From: Ignavibacteriales bacterium
Lineage (GTDB): Bacteria; Bacteroidota; Ignavibacteria; UBA10030; UBA6906
DNA length: 54,865 nt
Direction: 5' to 3'
Assembly (NCBI GenBank): GCA_037441705.1
Contig: JBBIRR010000029.1
Span: forward strand, 1 to 54,865
Shown in pieces: positions 10,801-20,100 of the stretch; within the stretch, counting starts at the first letter, position 1; each line of letters begins with the position of its first letter. Position numbers and translations under genes: made by a program. Under the pieces are notes generated by a model. It had not been told where the DNA came from. It saw nothing but the letters and a program-made list of their open reading frames with translations, and searched no databases.

Positions 10801-10936
10801 GCTCGTGCCGGTGGTGTACACCATGCTTGCTCGGTTTGCACGATCGCGCGCAATCGTAGCTCATGAGTCCGAACAACATGAACAGAAACGAGAGATGCCG
10901 GCGCTTGCAGAAGGCGTCGTTGCGGACACACGATGA
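7805..10936 (+). CDS. RND efflux permease (AcrB/MdtBC-like, HAE1 family)
   Basis: 1043 aa; LPVREYPDIDPP, VVDDAIVVLEN, GLVTKNSILIVEFA, RLRPILMTS proton-relay motifs. Confidence 0.96.
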   Translation: MKLSVTSIQRPVFASVMSFTILLFGIIAFTRLPVREYPDIDPPIVSVVTTYRGASPNVVETEITNVLEEQFATLEGVKTMTSSSREQGSVITIEFELSRNIDEATNDVRDRVARIRSRLPREIDDPVISKVDANAQAIMWLALSSDRHSGLELTDVADRILKERIQRLTGVGSVIIGGERRYAMRIWLDPLRMAAYGLTTQDVETAIRRENAEIPAGRVEGAEREFSVRTRGELSTPEEFGAIIVSQQGDRTVRLRDIAEVNVGAADERTTARYNGQTAVGLGIVKQSKASTVDVAAEVRNVLDDLRSLLPPGMKLQIAYDSSVFINDSIAEVQETLIIAMCLVVLVVLAFLKSFRATTIPTVAIPISIVGAFAVAYFAGFTINILTLLALVLAIGMVVDDAIVVLENIYRHMEMGKSRLQAAVDGSKEIGFAVVATTITLVAVFVPLAFLTGSVGRLFNEFGVTLAVAILISGFVALTLTPMLSSKILKPLHHVSDSWASRSFDTFFEMLDRVYHRILTGALKRTAWVLGAAAIVVVISVVLFRLLPSELAPIEDRSIGFGIVIAPEGATLQYTDRYMQEIERRLLALPERAGLFTAVGLGFGGPGRVTNGVLFLRLKPRGERDKTQQQIVQELFPQLLSIPGVLAFVINPPSLGGTFSSSPVEYVLQADSYEELNRAMGIMMGEAQKLGYMINLDTDLRLNKPQLDLTVDRERAAGVGASLADIGTTLETFLGGRVVTNFKRGTKQYDVILQMKPAARSTPEAIRDIYIRGNRGLVQLANVVRVEETLAPKELNHYNRVRAAKLTASLVPGVSIGKALDDLDRIAAEKLPAGIKREYAGQSLEFKTSSSALYFMFLLAVVFIYLVLAAQFESWIHPLTILLSVPLAVFGALLTLFIFRETLNIYSQIGLIMLIGLVTKNSILIVEFANQLRERGMQITEAVIEAAAIRLRPILMTSFSTIFGILPIAIGLGAGGEARRPLGLAVVGGMLFSTFLTLVLVPVVYTMLARFARSRAIVAHESEQHEQKREMPALAEGVVADTR

Positions 10937-11059
10937 CGCCGAAAGTTCCGCACGGTCTCAAGAGGTTTGAATTCTTTATGCGAATTCAGTTTCTTGCTTC
11001 TCGATGATGTCGGTCGTCCAACCTCCTGGTGCACAAAGGTTTCATTGGAAGAGATAGCT

Positions 11060-12559
11060 ATGAAATCATCGTTCACCGTTTCGTTACGCGTGCTGCTGCG
11101 CGGTTCCATCAGCGGTGTTTGTCTCCTTCTAACAACCGTGCACACTGCGGCACAATGGACGGGCGCGTCGCACGACACGCTGACGCGTGATGCGACCCGA
11201 GATGAGGTGGAGAAGCAAGCCCTTGCTGTGGACCTCAGCAATACGCTGCATGCTGTGTGGAAGAAAGCGAATCCGGGCGGCGGGTGGAGATTGTTCTACT
11301 CGAAGAAGGTGCCTTCGGGAACCTGGTCTCCTCCACGTGAGGTGGCCGACTCGAATCTTCTCATCTTTCAATACGCTCTGGCAGTGAACCGGCAATCAGG
11401 AGTTCCGTACGTTGCCTTCGAACGGGAATCGGCCGTACCGCGAGAAATCATTCTTGCTCGCGATTCGGCCGGCATGTGGGTACACACGCGGATTACGGCA
11501 AATGCGTCGGAGGATGTCTCTCCCACGCTTGCCCTGGACAGTGCGGGCTACCTGCATCTTGCATGGATCGGTCAGGACACATCGTCGAATTGGAAGATCG
11601 CTTACGCGACGAACCGCAGCGGGGTGTGGCAAACGCAACTTCTCACAGCAAGTGAGCCCGGTCCCTTCGGCAGCGGGGCGGAACCGTTCATTGCCGTAAC
11701 GCCCGCGGGCATTGCCCACATCTTCTATCGCGGCGGCGATTTCGGCACCTATCACATTCATCATGCCTGGAATGCGCAGCCCGGCGGAACGACATGGGCG
11801 TACGAGATTGTGATGACCCCCAACGGCAATGACTTCTCCGCACATGCTGTCATCGACGCGCAGGGCACAATCCACCTTCTCGCAAGCGGCAACGACGGTT
11901 TCGGTTTCCCGCCCCGCGCGTATTACCTGACAAAAACCGCTGCGGGCGGATGGTCAACTCCACAGCACGCAAATCAAGGCGGGAACGGTTGGGGCGGGTC
12001 GCTGGTGATTGATCGCTTCGGCATCGCTCACATTACGTGGGATGAGACGAGCGGCAACATCTACACCGGCAATCTTTTCTACGCAACCAACAAATCAGGC
12101 CAGTGGGCGAGCGTGCCGATACTTTCGGACGGAAAGACGTTCAGCGGATCGCTGACGGTGGACGGTACAGGAAAGGGGCATGCTATCGCATTCAACGGCG
12201 AGACGTTTCAGACGCAAGAGATTCTGGTGATTCATTCGTCCGGCGCGCTTACCTCTGTTCGGAAAGATGAATTGTCTCTCCCCTTCGATCTTGTGTTAGA
12301 GCAGAATTATCCGAACCCATTCAACCCCGTCACAACTATCAGGTTCGGGGTTCGAGGTTCGGGTCGTGCAACCTTGAAAGTGTTTGATGTGTTGGGACGT
12401 GAAGTGGCGACACTGTTGGATGAGGTTGTGGGTTCGGGGTTCCGGTCGGTCGAGTTCTCTGCCCAAAGCGAATCCAGCAATCTCCCGAGCGGGGTCTATT
12501 TCTATCGTCTGGAGTTTGGCGGACTTGTTCGCCAGAGGAGTATGGTAGTTCTTAAGTAA
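11060..12559 (+). CDS. Secreted repeat (probable beta-propeller) protein with T9SS type-A C-terminal sorting domain
   Basis: Signal peptide; repeated 'LAxDxxGxxHxxW...YATNxSGxW' units; C-terminus LEQNYPNPFNPVTTIRF...VFDVLGREVATL...LPSGVYFYRL. Confidence 0.85.
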   Translation: MKSSFTVSLRVLLRGSISGVCLLLTTVHTAAQWTGASHDTLTRDATRDEVEKQALAVDLSNTLHAVWKKANPGGGWRLFYSKKVPSGTWSPPREVADSNLLIFQYALAVNRQSGVPYVAFERESAVPREIILARDSAGMWVHTRITANASEDVSPTLALDSAGYLHLAWIGQDTSSNWKIAYATNRSGVWQTQLLTASEPGPFGSGAEPFIAVTPAGIAHIFYRGGDFGTYHIHHAWNAQPGGTTWAYEIVMTPNGNDFSAHAVIDAQGTIHLLASGNDGFGFPPRAYYLTKTAAGGWSTPQHANQGGNGWGGSLVIDRFGIAHITWDETSGNIYTGNLFYATNKSGQWASVPILSDGKTFSGSLTVDGTGKGHAIAFNGETFQTQEILVIHSSGALTSVRKDELSLPFDLVLEQNYPNPFNPVTTIRFGVRGSGRATLKVFDVLGREVATLLDEVVGSGFRSVEFSAQSESSNLPSGVYFYRLEFGGLVRQRSMVVLK

Positions 12560-12610
12560 TTCCTGCGGGAGATCGAGCAAGCGATCAGAGGGATCGTCAT
12601 TCTCGAGGAT

Positions 12611-12642
12611 GAAAAGGCCAGCGAAGTGTGTCTGGCCTTTTC
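12611..12642. terminator. Bidirectional intrinsic terminator between convergent genes
   Basis: GAAAAGGCCAG-N10-CTGGCCTTTTC inverted repeat. Confidence 0.65.
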
Positions 12643-12661
12643 TGTTGTTGTCGAGCAAGCG

Positions 12662-13468
12662 TCAGATCGTATACCCTGCTCGCAGCGCAAAGATCTTTCG
12701 TGTTGATTCCGGTTGATGGAAACCTCGGTCTGCGGCTGATTCCGTGAGCGTCCATGTTTCATACGAGAGCGAGACGAACACACGATAGATGCTGGCCTTG
12801 GCACCAAACCGAATGCGCGGCGACACGCCCGGGGAGAGACTAAGGTCGGCAGGTCCCCGCAGGCCGGACTGAGAAAGGTCAATGGACTCCGAGATGGAAA
12901 ATGGGACTCGTATGTTGAACCACGGGGTCAGTTGAACATTCCTTCCCAGCCGAAACGTCCCCTCGATCCCAACGCCAGCCAGGGGCACGCTGTAGACTTC
13001 TGTGTAGCCGAATTGTCCGCCTTTGTCAAGCACGCGCGTCCAACGTTCATACCCAAATCCTGCGGTCGGCACAAGCTCAAACTCTCGCGCCACACGAAAA
13101 ACATATCCGGCACTTGAAGTCAGCTCAAAGCCGGTGTAGTCCACGATCGTTTGAAACGGTGTTAGGTTGCCCTGACGGTCTTGTAGATGCCCATCATAGT
13201 CCACTGTGCCGAAGTAGTATTCGAAATTTCCATCAACGAACCATTGCTTTTCCTTGCCGAAGGCGACTCGAGGATGGACGCCGAAACTCGCCTGCAATCC
13301 ACTTTCGGCAAGAAGTTGGGCGCCGTTCGGTGAGTACTCTTTCCACCCAAATAACCGCCCTTCGGAATACGGAGTTATCTGGAACGACTCATTCAGGTTC
13401 TGCGCAAGCAGATGCGATGCGCCGGTGAAGAGTCGGAGTGCAACAGCAAGCAGCAGAATGTTTTTCAT
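12662..13468 (-). CDS. Outer-membrane beta-barrel protein of unknown function
   Basis: GAGGAG RBS, MKNILLLAVAL signal peptide, alternating amphipathic strands, C-terminus ALRAGYTI resembling a beta-signal. Confidence 0.75.
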   Translation of the reverse strand: MKNILLLAVALRLFTGASHLLAQNLNESFQITPYSEGRLFGWKEYSPNGAQLLAESGLQASFGVHPRVAFGKEKQWFVDGNFEYYFGTVDYDGHLQDRQGNLTPFQTIVDYTGFELTSSAGYVFRVAREFELVPTAGFGYERWTRVLDKGGQFGYTEVYSVPLAGVGIEGTFRLGRNVQLTPWFNIRVPFSISESIDLSQSGLRGPADLSLSPGVSPRIRFGAKASIYRVFVSLSYETWTLTESAADRGFHQPESTRKIFALRAGYTI

Positions 13469-13530
13469 CGTTGATCTCCTCAAAAGTGATACACGTGCAT
13501 AGTGCTTCCGACGCGTTACGAGCGCATCAC

Positions 13531-13546
13531 CGGCAAGTTGCCTGCA
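13531..13546 (+). promoter_or_regulatory. Possible sigma54 (-24/-12) promoter
   Basis: CGGCAAGTTGCCTGCA: GG-N10-GC with GGCA and TGCA context, ~100 bp upstream of the cytochrome lipoprotein; weak support. Confidence 0.25.
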
Positions 13547-13648
13547 TAAGGATGTAGGTGTTGTGCGTCTGGTGCCGAGAGATGATGATGTTGATTCCTC
13601 AAAAGGATGTTCTTACCTTGTGTGCGTTCATTGAATGGAGATGCAAAG

Positions 13649-15115
13649 ATGCGTTCATGTCTTTTTGTTGTGGGAATACTTCTCTTTGCGGGCTGTTTTC
13701 ACAGGAACAATGAAGTAGTTCAGCCCAGCTTTCTTCGAGGCAACGGAGAGTACTCAACACGCATCCAGCCGATCTTTGATCGCAACTGCGGTGGAACAAG
13801 CTGCCATGGCGGAGGATCGCTCGGATTTGCAGCGAGTTTGGACCTCACATCGTACGAGGGTCTGATGCGCGGCTCTCGGTTCGGTGCGGTGGTCATACCG
13901 GGGCACCCGTTCATGAGCCACCTTGTTCAATCCATCAATCCCTCCGATACGACGCTCAGCCCCATCTCGAGTGTTCAAATGCCCGCAGGTCGCAATCCGC
14001 TTCCCGCCGAGGACGTCCGGAGGATCGTTGAATGGATCCGCGAAGGCGCCCGAAATGATGATGGTGCAGAACCATTTCCCGAGCCGCGGCCGCTGGGCAA
14101 AGTGTACTTCACAAGTCAGTCTGTTGACCTTGTTGGTGTGCTGGATCGTTCCACCAATCTTGTGATGCGCTACGTGACCGTGGGCCGTCAGCTTCCGTTC
14201 AATCTTCCGCCGGATGCTCCCCACAATGTTCAGATAGATGATCAGGGAGCGTTTTATTACGTGACGCTGATTCGCGGGAATAAGCTGCGCAAGTACGAGG
14301 CGGCAACCCACCAGCTCCTGGGCGAAGTAAATGTCGGCGTCTCGCCCGCCCACGTCGTCATCACTGCCGATGGATCAAAAGCCTACGTAACGAACTTCGA
14401 CCTCAGCGCTGGTCGGGTGTACGTCGTCAACACTGCTACCATGACTGTTACCCGCATCATCACGGCGGGCAGTCTCATGCGCGGAACGCATGGCGCGCGG
14501 ATCTCGCATGACGGGAGGTACGTTTACATCGGCAGCAACGGCACGGACCTTATTCATGTGGTTGATACCCGATACGACTCGGTCGTGGCAAATCTGCCTG
14601 TAGCGCCCGACGTTCCGCCGTTCGGATCGTTCGTGTACAAGCCATATCAGATTGCCGTGCGGGATGACGATCGATTTCTTTATGTTACACTCAACGGGCG
14701 TGGACTGGTGAGCGTCTTCGAGCGCAATGGCGATACATTCACCTGGCGCGATACCGTAAGGGTCGGCACCCGGCCGCTGCAATGCGAAGTGACGCGCGAT
14801 ATGCGCTACCTCTATGTATGCAACCAAGGCTCGGGCAGCGTTTCAGTGATCGACGCGCAGCAGAACCGATTGTTTACCACCATCGTCTCGGTCGGCCAGC
14901 AACCTCACGGGATTGATATTTCCGAGGACAGCCGCACGGTATACGTCACATGCGAGAACGTCTCGTCGCCTGAGCCGCCGCATCATCCCATCACGGGCAG
15001 TACAACGCCGGGATTCCTCGTGCTGATTGATGTCGGCACACAAACCGTCATCAAGCGGATCGAAGTGGGAGGTTTTGCCGCAGGCGTTTCCGTTTTCCCG
15101 GGAAAGGGGAATTGA
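13649..15115 (+). CDS. Lipoprotein: Planctomycete-type cytochrome c domain (CX4CH) + YVTN/YncE-like beta-propeller
   Basis: Lipobox LFAGC; IQPIFDRNCGGTSCH...LDLTSY...QMP...WIREGA; propeller blades such as PAHVVITADGSKAYVTN and QPHGIDISEDSRTVYVT. Confidence 0.8.
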   Translation: MRSCLFVVGILLFAGCFHRNNEVVQPSFLRGNGEYSTRIQPIFDRNCGGTSCHGGGSLGFAASLDLTSYEGLMRGSRFGAVVIPGHPFMSHLVQSINPSDTTLSPISSVQMPAGRNPLPAEDVRRIVEWIREGARNDDGAEPFPEPRPLGKVYFTSQSVDLVGVLDRSTNLVMRYVTVGRQLPFNLPPDAPHNVQIDDQGAFYYVTLIRGNKLRKYEAATHQLLGEVNVGVSPAHVVITADGSKAYVTNFDLSAGRVYVVNTATMTVTRIITAGSLMRGTHGARISHDGRYVYIGSNGTDLIHVVDTRYDSVVANLPVAPDVPPFGSFVYKPYQIAVRDDDRFLYVTLNGRGLVSVFERNGDTFTWRDTVRVGTRPLQCEVTRDMRYLYVCNQGSGSVSVIDAQQNRLFTTIVSVGQQPHGIDISEDSRTVYVTCENVSSPEPPHHPITGSTTPGFLVLIDVGTQTVIKRIEVGGFAAGVSVFPGKGN

Positions 15116-15117
15116 CC

Positions 15118-16056
15118 ATGAGAAGGCTTTTGGCAACACTGTTATGTCTTTGGTTAGCTTCCTGTGTTCAAACCAATGAGGTGGTTGAGCAGATCTCTCT
15201 TTCTGTTCAAAATCTCCCGCCGCTCCAGAACGCCTACTATCAACTCTGGGTGACGTTTTATCAATTCAACATTCCGACCGGTGGCGATGCTCCGCAGCAT
15301 GAGGGAGAGTACGAAAGCGTGGGAGCGTTCACCGTTGCCGAGGATGGGTCGCTGCGCGGACTATCGGGTGGTGCTGCGGCGTTTCGCCTGCCGCCGGGAA
15401 CGAACGCGCAGTTGCTCAAAGATATCGTCATCTCGGTGCAAACGGCAGAGACCGAACAACCGCAATCCATCATCATGGGCGGACCGATACAGGGTGATGC
15501 GGTCACTGCTTCCGCGAGTTTGGACATTGCGTATGCGGATGCCTTTCGCACGAACTTCGCGTCGGCCTCGGGCGTTTGCACAATTACCTCTCCTACCTCT
15601 CCTTCTGATTCGAATTCTGGTGTGTGGTTCGTTCAGTTAGGCTCTCCGCTCAGCGCCGGATTGCAAAACGTACCCTTGCTGCCAGGAGCGTGGAGGTACG
15701 AGGGTTGGGTACTACAACCGGTTGCTGGAGGGCAGATCAGATACATATCGACCGGCAAGTTTTCTCGCGCCGATAGCGCTGATCATGATGGCGCCGGACC
15801 CTATGCCGGAAGCGCAGGACCCGCGTTCAATTTTCCGGGGCAGGACTTCATTCAAGGGATGCGAATCCCAAGTCTGCTGGAACCGGGATATGCCTTCATG
15901 GTGACGCTCGAGCCTGAGCCTGACAACTCGACCCAGCCATTCTTTCTTACGCTCTTGAAGTCCCAGCCGGCCGGCGCCTCGGCCCCGCGGACGCAAACAC
16001 TGGACAACGTTATACAAGCAGTGGCCCCAAGGGGGAAGATTGTCATTCGTCGGTAG
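15118..16056 (+). CDS. Lipoprotein with duplicated RskA-like ('anti-sigma factor'-annotated) beta domains
   Basis: Lipobox LASC; two internal repeats (NLPPLQNAYYQLW...SVGAF; NVPLLPGAWRYEGW...STGKF). Confidence 0.6.
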   Translation: MRRLLATLLCLWLASCVQTNEVVEQISLSVQNLPPLQNAYYQLWVTFYQFNIPTGGDAPQHEGEYESVGAFTVAEDGSLRGLSGGAAAFRLPPGTNAQLLKDIVISVQTAETEQPQSIIMGGPIQGDAVTASASLDIAYADAFRTNFASASGVCTITSPTSPSDSNSGVWFVQLGSPLSAGLQNVPLLPGAWRYEGWVLQPVAGGQIRYISTGKFSRADSADHDGAGPYAGSAGPAFNFPGQDFIQGMRIPSLLEPGYAFMVTLEPEPDNSTQPFFLTLLKSQPAGASAPRTQTLDNVIQAVAPRGKIVIRR

Positions 16057-16069
16057 GAGCGCAGCACAC

Positions 16070-16831
16070 ATGACCGGTCAGGTCGTTGAACAGAAAAAAT
16101 CGAACGGTGAGCCGGGCAGTGCACCGAGCATCAATCGCAGATGTCGGGTAGCGATTGCGGCGATTCTTGCAGCGTTTGTCCTTGCGACGCGTGCGTATGC
16201 ACAATTCGAGGGGATTGTCGAGAGCAAGAATACGACGATCGATGAATTGGGCAGGCCGCAGGAGTTCATTATGACGATGTGGATCAAGAAGGGAATGGTC
16301 CGGATCGAAACCAGGGGCGCCTCGACGCCGACCTCCACCATGATCTATCGAACCGACCTGAAGAGAATCTGGATGCTCAACGTGGATGAAAAGTCGTACT
16401 TCGAAATCCCGCAAGAGGACAGGGGCGAGGAGGTGTATTCGCCGGGTTCGGGGAGCGGGTACTCGGTGAAGCGAACAGGAAAGAAACGAACGATCGCAGG
16501 ATACGAATGCGAGCAGTTCATCATCAAACGGGAGACCGAGGAGACCGAACTGTGGGGCACAAAGAAACTCGGCCATCTCGTGAGCACGCTTTCGGCCGCG
16601 CTTGGCGGCGATCAGATGAATGCCGGCGAAGGAGCCGTGGCCGAGGTGATGAAGCGCGGCATTTATCCTCTGCGCTCCGCCACAAAAGTGGACGGCCAGC
16701 TCATCGAGTCGCAAGAGGTGACGCGCATCGAAGCAAAGGCGCTCGACCCAAGCCTGTTCACGCTGCCCGCCGACTTCAAGAAAATGAAGACGGTGGATAT
16801 GATGCAGGAGACGCCGGAGGAGAAGAGATAA
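16070..16831 (+). CDS. DUF4412-like exported protein
   Basis: TAGGAG RBS; AQFEG, TGKKRTIAGYECEQF, LDPSLFTLPADFK motifs typical of DUF4412. Confidence 0.7.
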   Translation: MTGQVVEQKKSNGEPGSAPSINRRCRVAIAAILAAFVLATRAYAQFEGIVESKNTTIDELGRPQEFIMTMWIKKGMVRIETRGASTPTSTMIYRTDLKRIWMLNVDEKSYFEIPQEDRGEEVYSPGSGSGYSVKRTGKKRTIAGYECEQFIIKRETEETELWGTKKLGHLVSTLSAALGGDQMNAGEGAVAEVMKRGIYPLRSATKVDGQLIESQEVTRIEAKALDPSLFTLPADFKKMKTVDMMQETPEEKR

Positions 16832-16870
16832 TGCGCATGCTGGTTTTGCTTCGACCTTGACGTGACCTCG

Positions 16871-16899
16871 TTGAATTCTCCTCAGGTTTTTTCTATATT
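16871..16899 (+). promoter_or_regulatory. Sigma70-type promoter of tRNA-Leu
   Basis: TTGAAT-N17-TATATT, 16 bp upstream of the tRNA. Confidence 0.55.
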
Positions 16900-16914
16900 G
16901 ATGATGCCCGAGTT

Positions 16915-17000
16915 GCCAAAGTGGCGGAATTGGTAGACGCGCTGGACTCAAAATCCAGTCCGGCTTACACCGGGTGAGGGTTCGAGTCCCTCCTTTGGTA
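16915..17000 (+). tRNA. tRNA-Leu(CAA)
   Basis: Acceptor GCCAAAG/CTTTGGT, D-loop TTGGTAGA, anticodon arm CTGGA-CTCAAAA-TCCAG, long variable arm, T-loop GTTCGAG; CCA not encoded. Confidence 0.96.
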
Positions 17001-17009
17001 CAGATGTGA

Positions 17010-17037
17010 GATGGTCAACCGCCGTTGGCCATTTTTC
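17010..17037 (+). terminator. Intrinsic terminator after tRNA
   Basis: ATGGTCAAC-CGCC-GTTGGCCAT followed by TTTT. Confidence 0.6.
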
Positions 17038-17112
17038 GTTTCCACCGGTAGCAAAAGGAAGAGAAATGGCTCATCTTTGATACGACGTTGTATTCGTGTA
17101 TATTTCGCGTAG

Positions 17113-20100
17113 ATGAGCCGACTCTTCTTCATATCTTCTATCACGCTGGTCGCTGCTTTCATCTTCCTGTGTGCTCACCGCTCGCACGCACAAACACCCT
17201 CCGATGCCATACTTCCTGCCGCGTCAACGATCATCACCATCACCCCTGCGAACAAGGATTCTGTATTTCAGCTTCCCCATCGTTTCATATCAGCATTCTC
17301 AGACAGCGTCGTGCTTGATTCTTCCCAGACACTTCGGAGGGGTGTGGAGTATGTTCTGGAGTACACACAAGCCCGCGTAGTTCTGGATTCGGTTTTCAAA
17401 GCCGAACTCTTCGGGTCGGGAGAGAGGCAGCACACGCTCGAGGTCTTCTACAGATACTTCCCCTTTCAGTTTCAGGATTCGTATTTCAGAAGGAAGTTGG
17501 TGGTGCTGAAGGATTCCGTCGGGAGGGATACGCTGCGTGTGGCGAAGCCTCGCAGTTCGTTTGGGTTAGACGACATCTTCGGCCAGAATCTTCAGAAGAG
17601 CGGTAGTATTGTGCGCGGGTTTACGTTCGGTTCCAACCGAGACCTGTCCCTGAACTCCGGACTTCGCCTTCAACTCTCGGGCAAGCTGACGAACGATATT
17701 GACGTGGTCGCTGCACTGACCGACGAGAACACGCCCATCCAACCCGAAGGAACGACGCAGACGCTGCAGGAGTTCGATAAAGTGTTCGTCGAGTTGCGCA
17801 GCACCGACGCCGCAGCAACGCTCGGAGATTTCAATCTCGATTTTGCGGGCACCGAGTTTGCCCGGCTGAACAGAAAGCTCCAGGGCGCCAAGGCGACGGC
17901 GGACTACCGCTTCGGGTTTTCTCACGGGTCGGCAACTGCCTCGGCGGCAACAACACGAGGCAAGTTCAACACGAACCAGTTCCCGGGGCTGGAGGGCGTG
18001 CAGGGACCCTACCGCCTGACGGGACGCAACAACGAGCGACAGATCATTGTCATAGCCGGGACGGAGCGTGTGTATGTCAACGGCGAGCTGCAAACCCGCG
18101 GCGAGACCAACGACTATACGATTGACTATTCCAACGGTGAGCTGACGTTCACCACCCGGCGGCTGATTACTGACGCTTCGCGCATCACTGTGGATTTTGA
18201 ATACACCGACAGGCAGTTCTCGCGCACGATTCTTGCCGGGCAAAATGCAAGCGAGTTCTGGGACGACAAGGCGAAATTCACCTTCTCCTTCATGCGTGAG
18301 GCCGACGACCCGAATGCACCGATCGACGTCTCGCTGACCGATTCCGCACGTGCTCTTCTGCAGGCAGCCGGGGACGATCGCGCAAAAGCAATCCTCAGCG
18401 GCGTCACCCAGGTGGATTCTAACGGCTTCTACATTCTTGATAGCACAACCATCGGCACCACCACGTATCGCTTCTATCGCTACGCGCCCGGACGCGATGC
18501 CAGATATGTTGTTACATTTTCCAGCGTCGGCTTCGGGCAGGGCGATTATGTTCGAAAATCCATCGGGGTCTTCGAGTGGAAGGGACCCGGGCAGGGAGAT
18601 TATCTGCCGGTAAAGTTCCTTCCGCTGCCGCAACTTTCTCAAATCATGGATCTTGCCGTTGATGTTCATCCTACAAGCACGCTCCAGTTGAGTGGTGAAT
18701 ACGCCGCGAGCACGTTCGACGCGAACCGCCTCTCGTCATTGAATGATGACGACAATGCAGGACACGCCTTGCGCCTGGAAGCCGCGTATGCTCCACGTGA
18801 AATCACCATCGGGGGTACGAGCATCGGTTCGTTCGATGTTCGCGTCAAAGAGCGTTTCGTCAACCGGCGGTTCGTTCCCATCGATCGGACGAACGATATC
18901 GAGTTCAACCGCAAGTGGGGCATCGAATCCGTTACGCAAGCCGATGAAGAGATTCAGGAAGCTTCCGTGCGATATTCACCCATTCAACCATTAACTATCG
19001 GCGGGGGATACGGAAAAATCACCCGCGGCAGCGATCTTCGCTCGGTCCGCAATGAAGCGACGCTCGAGATGAAGGGCGATTCTCTCCCGACGATCTCCTA
19101 TCTCCTTGAGAGTGTGCGCTCACGTGAAACGTTGTCGGATAACTCCAGCTCATGGCTGCGACAAAAAGGTTCAGCGCAATATGTGGCGGGGTTCTTCGTG
19201 CCTTCCTTTTATTATGAGAGTGAAAACAGAAAGAACCGGTTTCTCTCGAAAGACTCACTGCGAGCGGGCAGCTTTACGTTCAACGTTTTCGCTCCGGCGC
19301 TGGAGATTCGAAATCTGTGGAACATGACCTTGAACCTCCGACTCGAGTGGCGGACGGACGATCAGTATCTCAACGGCAGTGTTGTGCGGGAGTCGAAATC
19401 GGTCACGCAAGGTCTCGGCTGGAAGCTCACCGAGTGGAATGCGCTTACCTCCTCACTGGATGTAACGTTCCGGGAGAAGCGTTTCTCGCCTGCCTTCAAG
19501 GCGTTGGGAAACAACGACATACAGACGGTTCTGGTACGCAATCAGACCCGCTATGCGCCGCTGAATCGGGGTTTAGAAACCGATTTGTTCTATGAAGTTT
19601 CCACCGAACGGGCGTCGCGTCTGGAGCGGGTGTTCGTTCGGGTTGCCGTTGGGTCGGGCAATTACAAGTACTTAGGTGATCTCAACAATAACGGCGTCGC
19701 CGACGAGAACGAATTCGTGCCTGCACGCTTCGACGGCGATTACATTGCGACAACGCTTCCGTCGGATGAGTTGTATCCGGTGATTGATCTCAAGACGAGC
19801 GCGCGGCTTCGCATCACACCGTCTCGATTTCTCACATCTGCAGGCTCTACGCTGATTGACATCCTGAGAGCCATCAGCAGCGAAACGTACGTCCGCGTTG
19901 AAGAAAAAAGCAGTGAACCGGACCTGAAGAAAATCTATCTTCTGCACTTCAGCAGATTTCAATCCGATTCAACGATCGCAGGCTCCACGTTGTTCACGCA
20001 GGATATCAACGTGCAGGAGGGGCGACCAGAATTTTCAGCGCGGCTTCGGTATTCGCAACGTAAAGGATTGAGCCGATTTGCTTCGGCCACTTCGAGCGGC

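Noticed and set aside
13649-15115. NirS or NosZ assignment
   Set aside because: Atypical cytochrome domain, no CuA domain and no nir/nos accessory genes in the window
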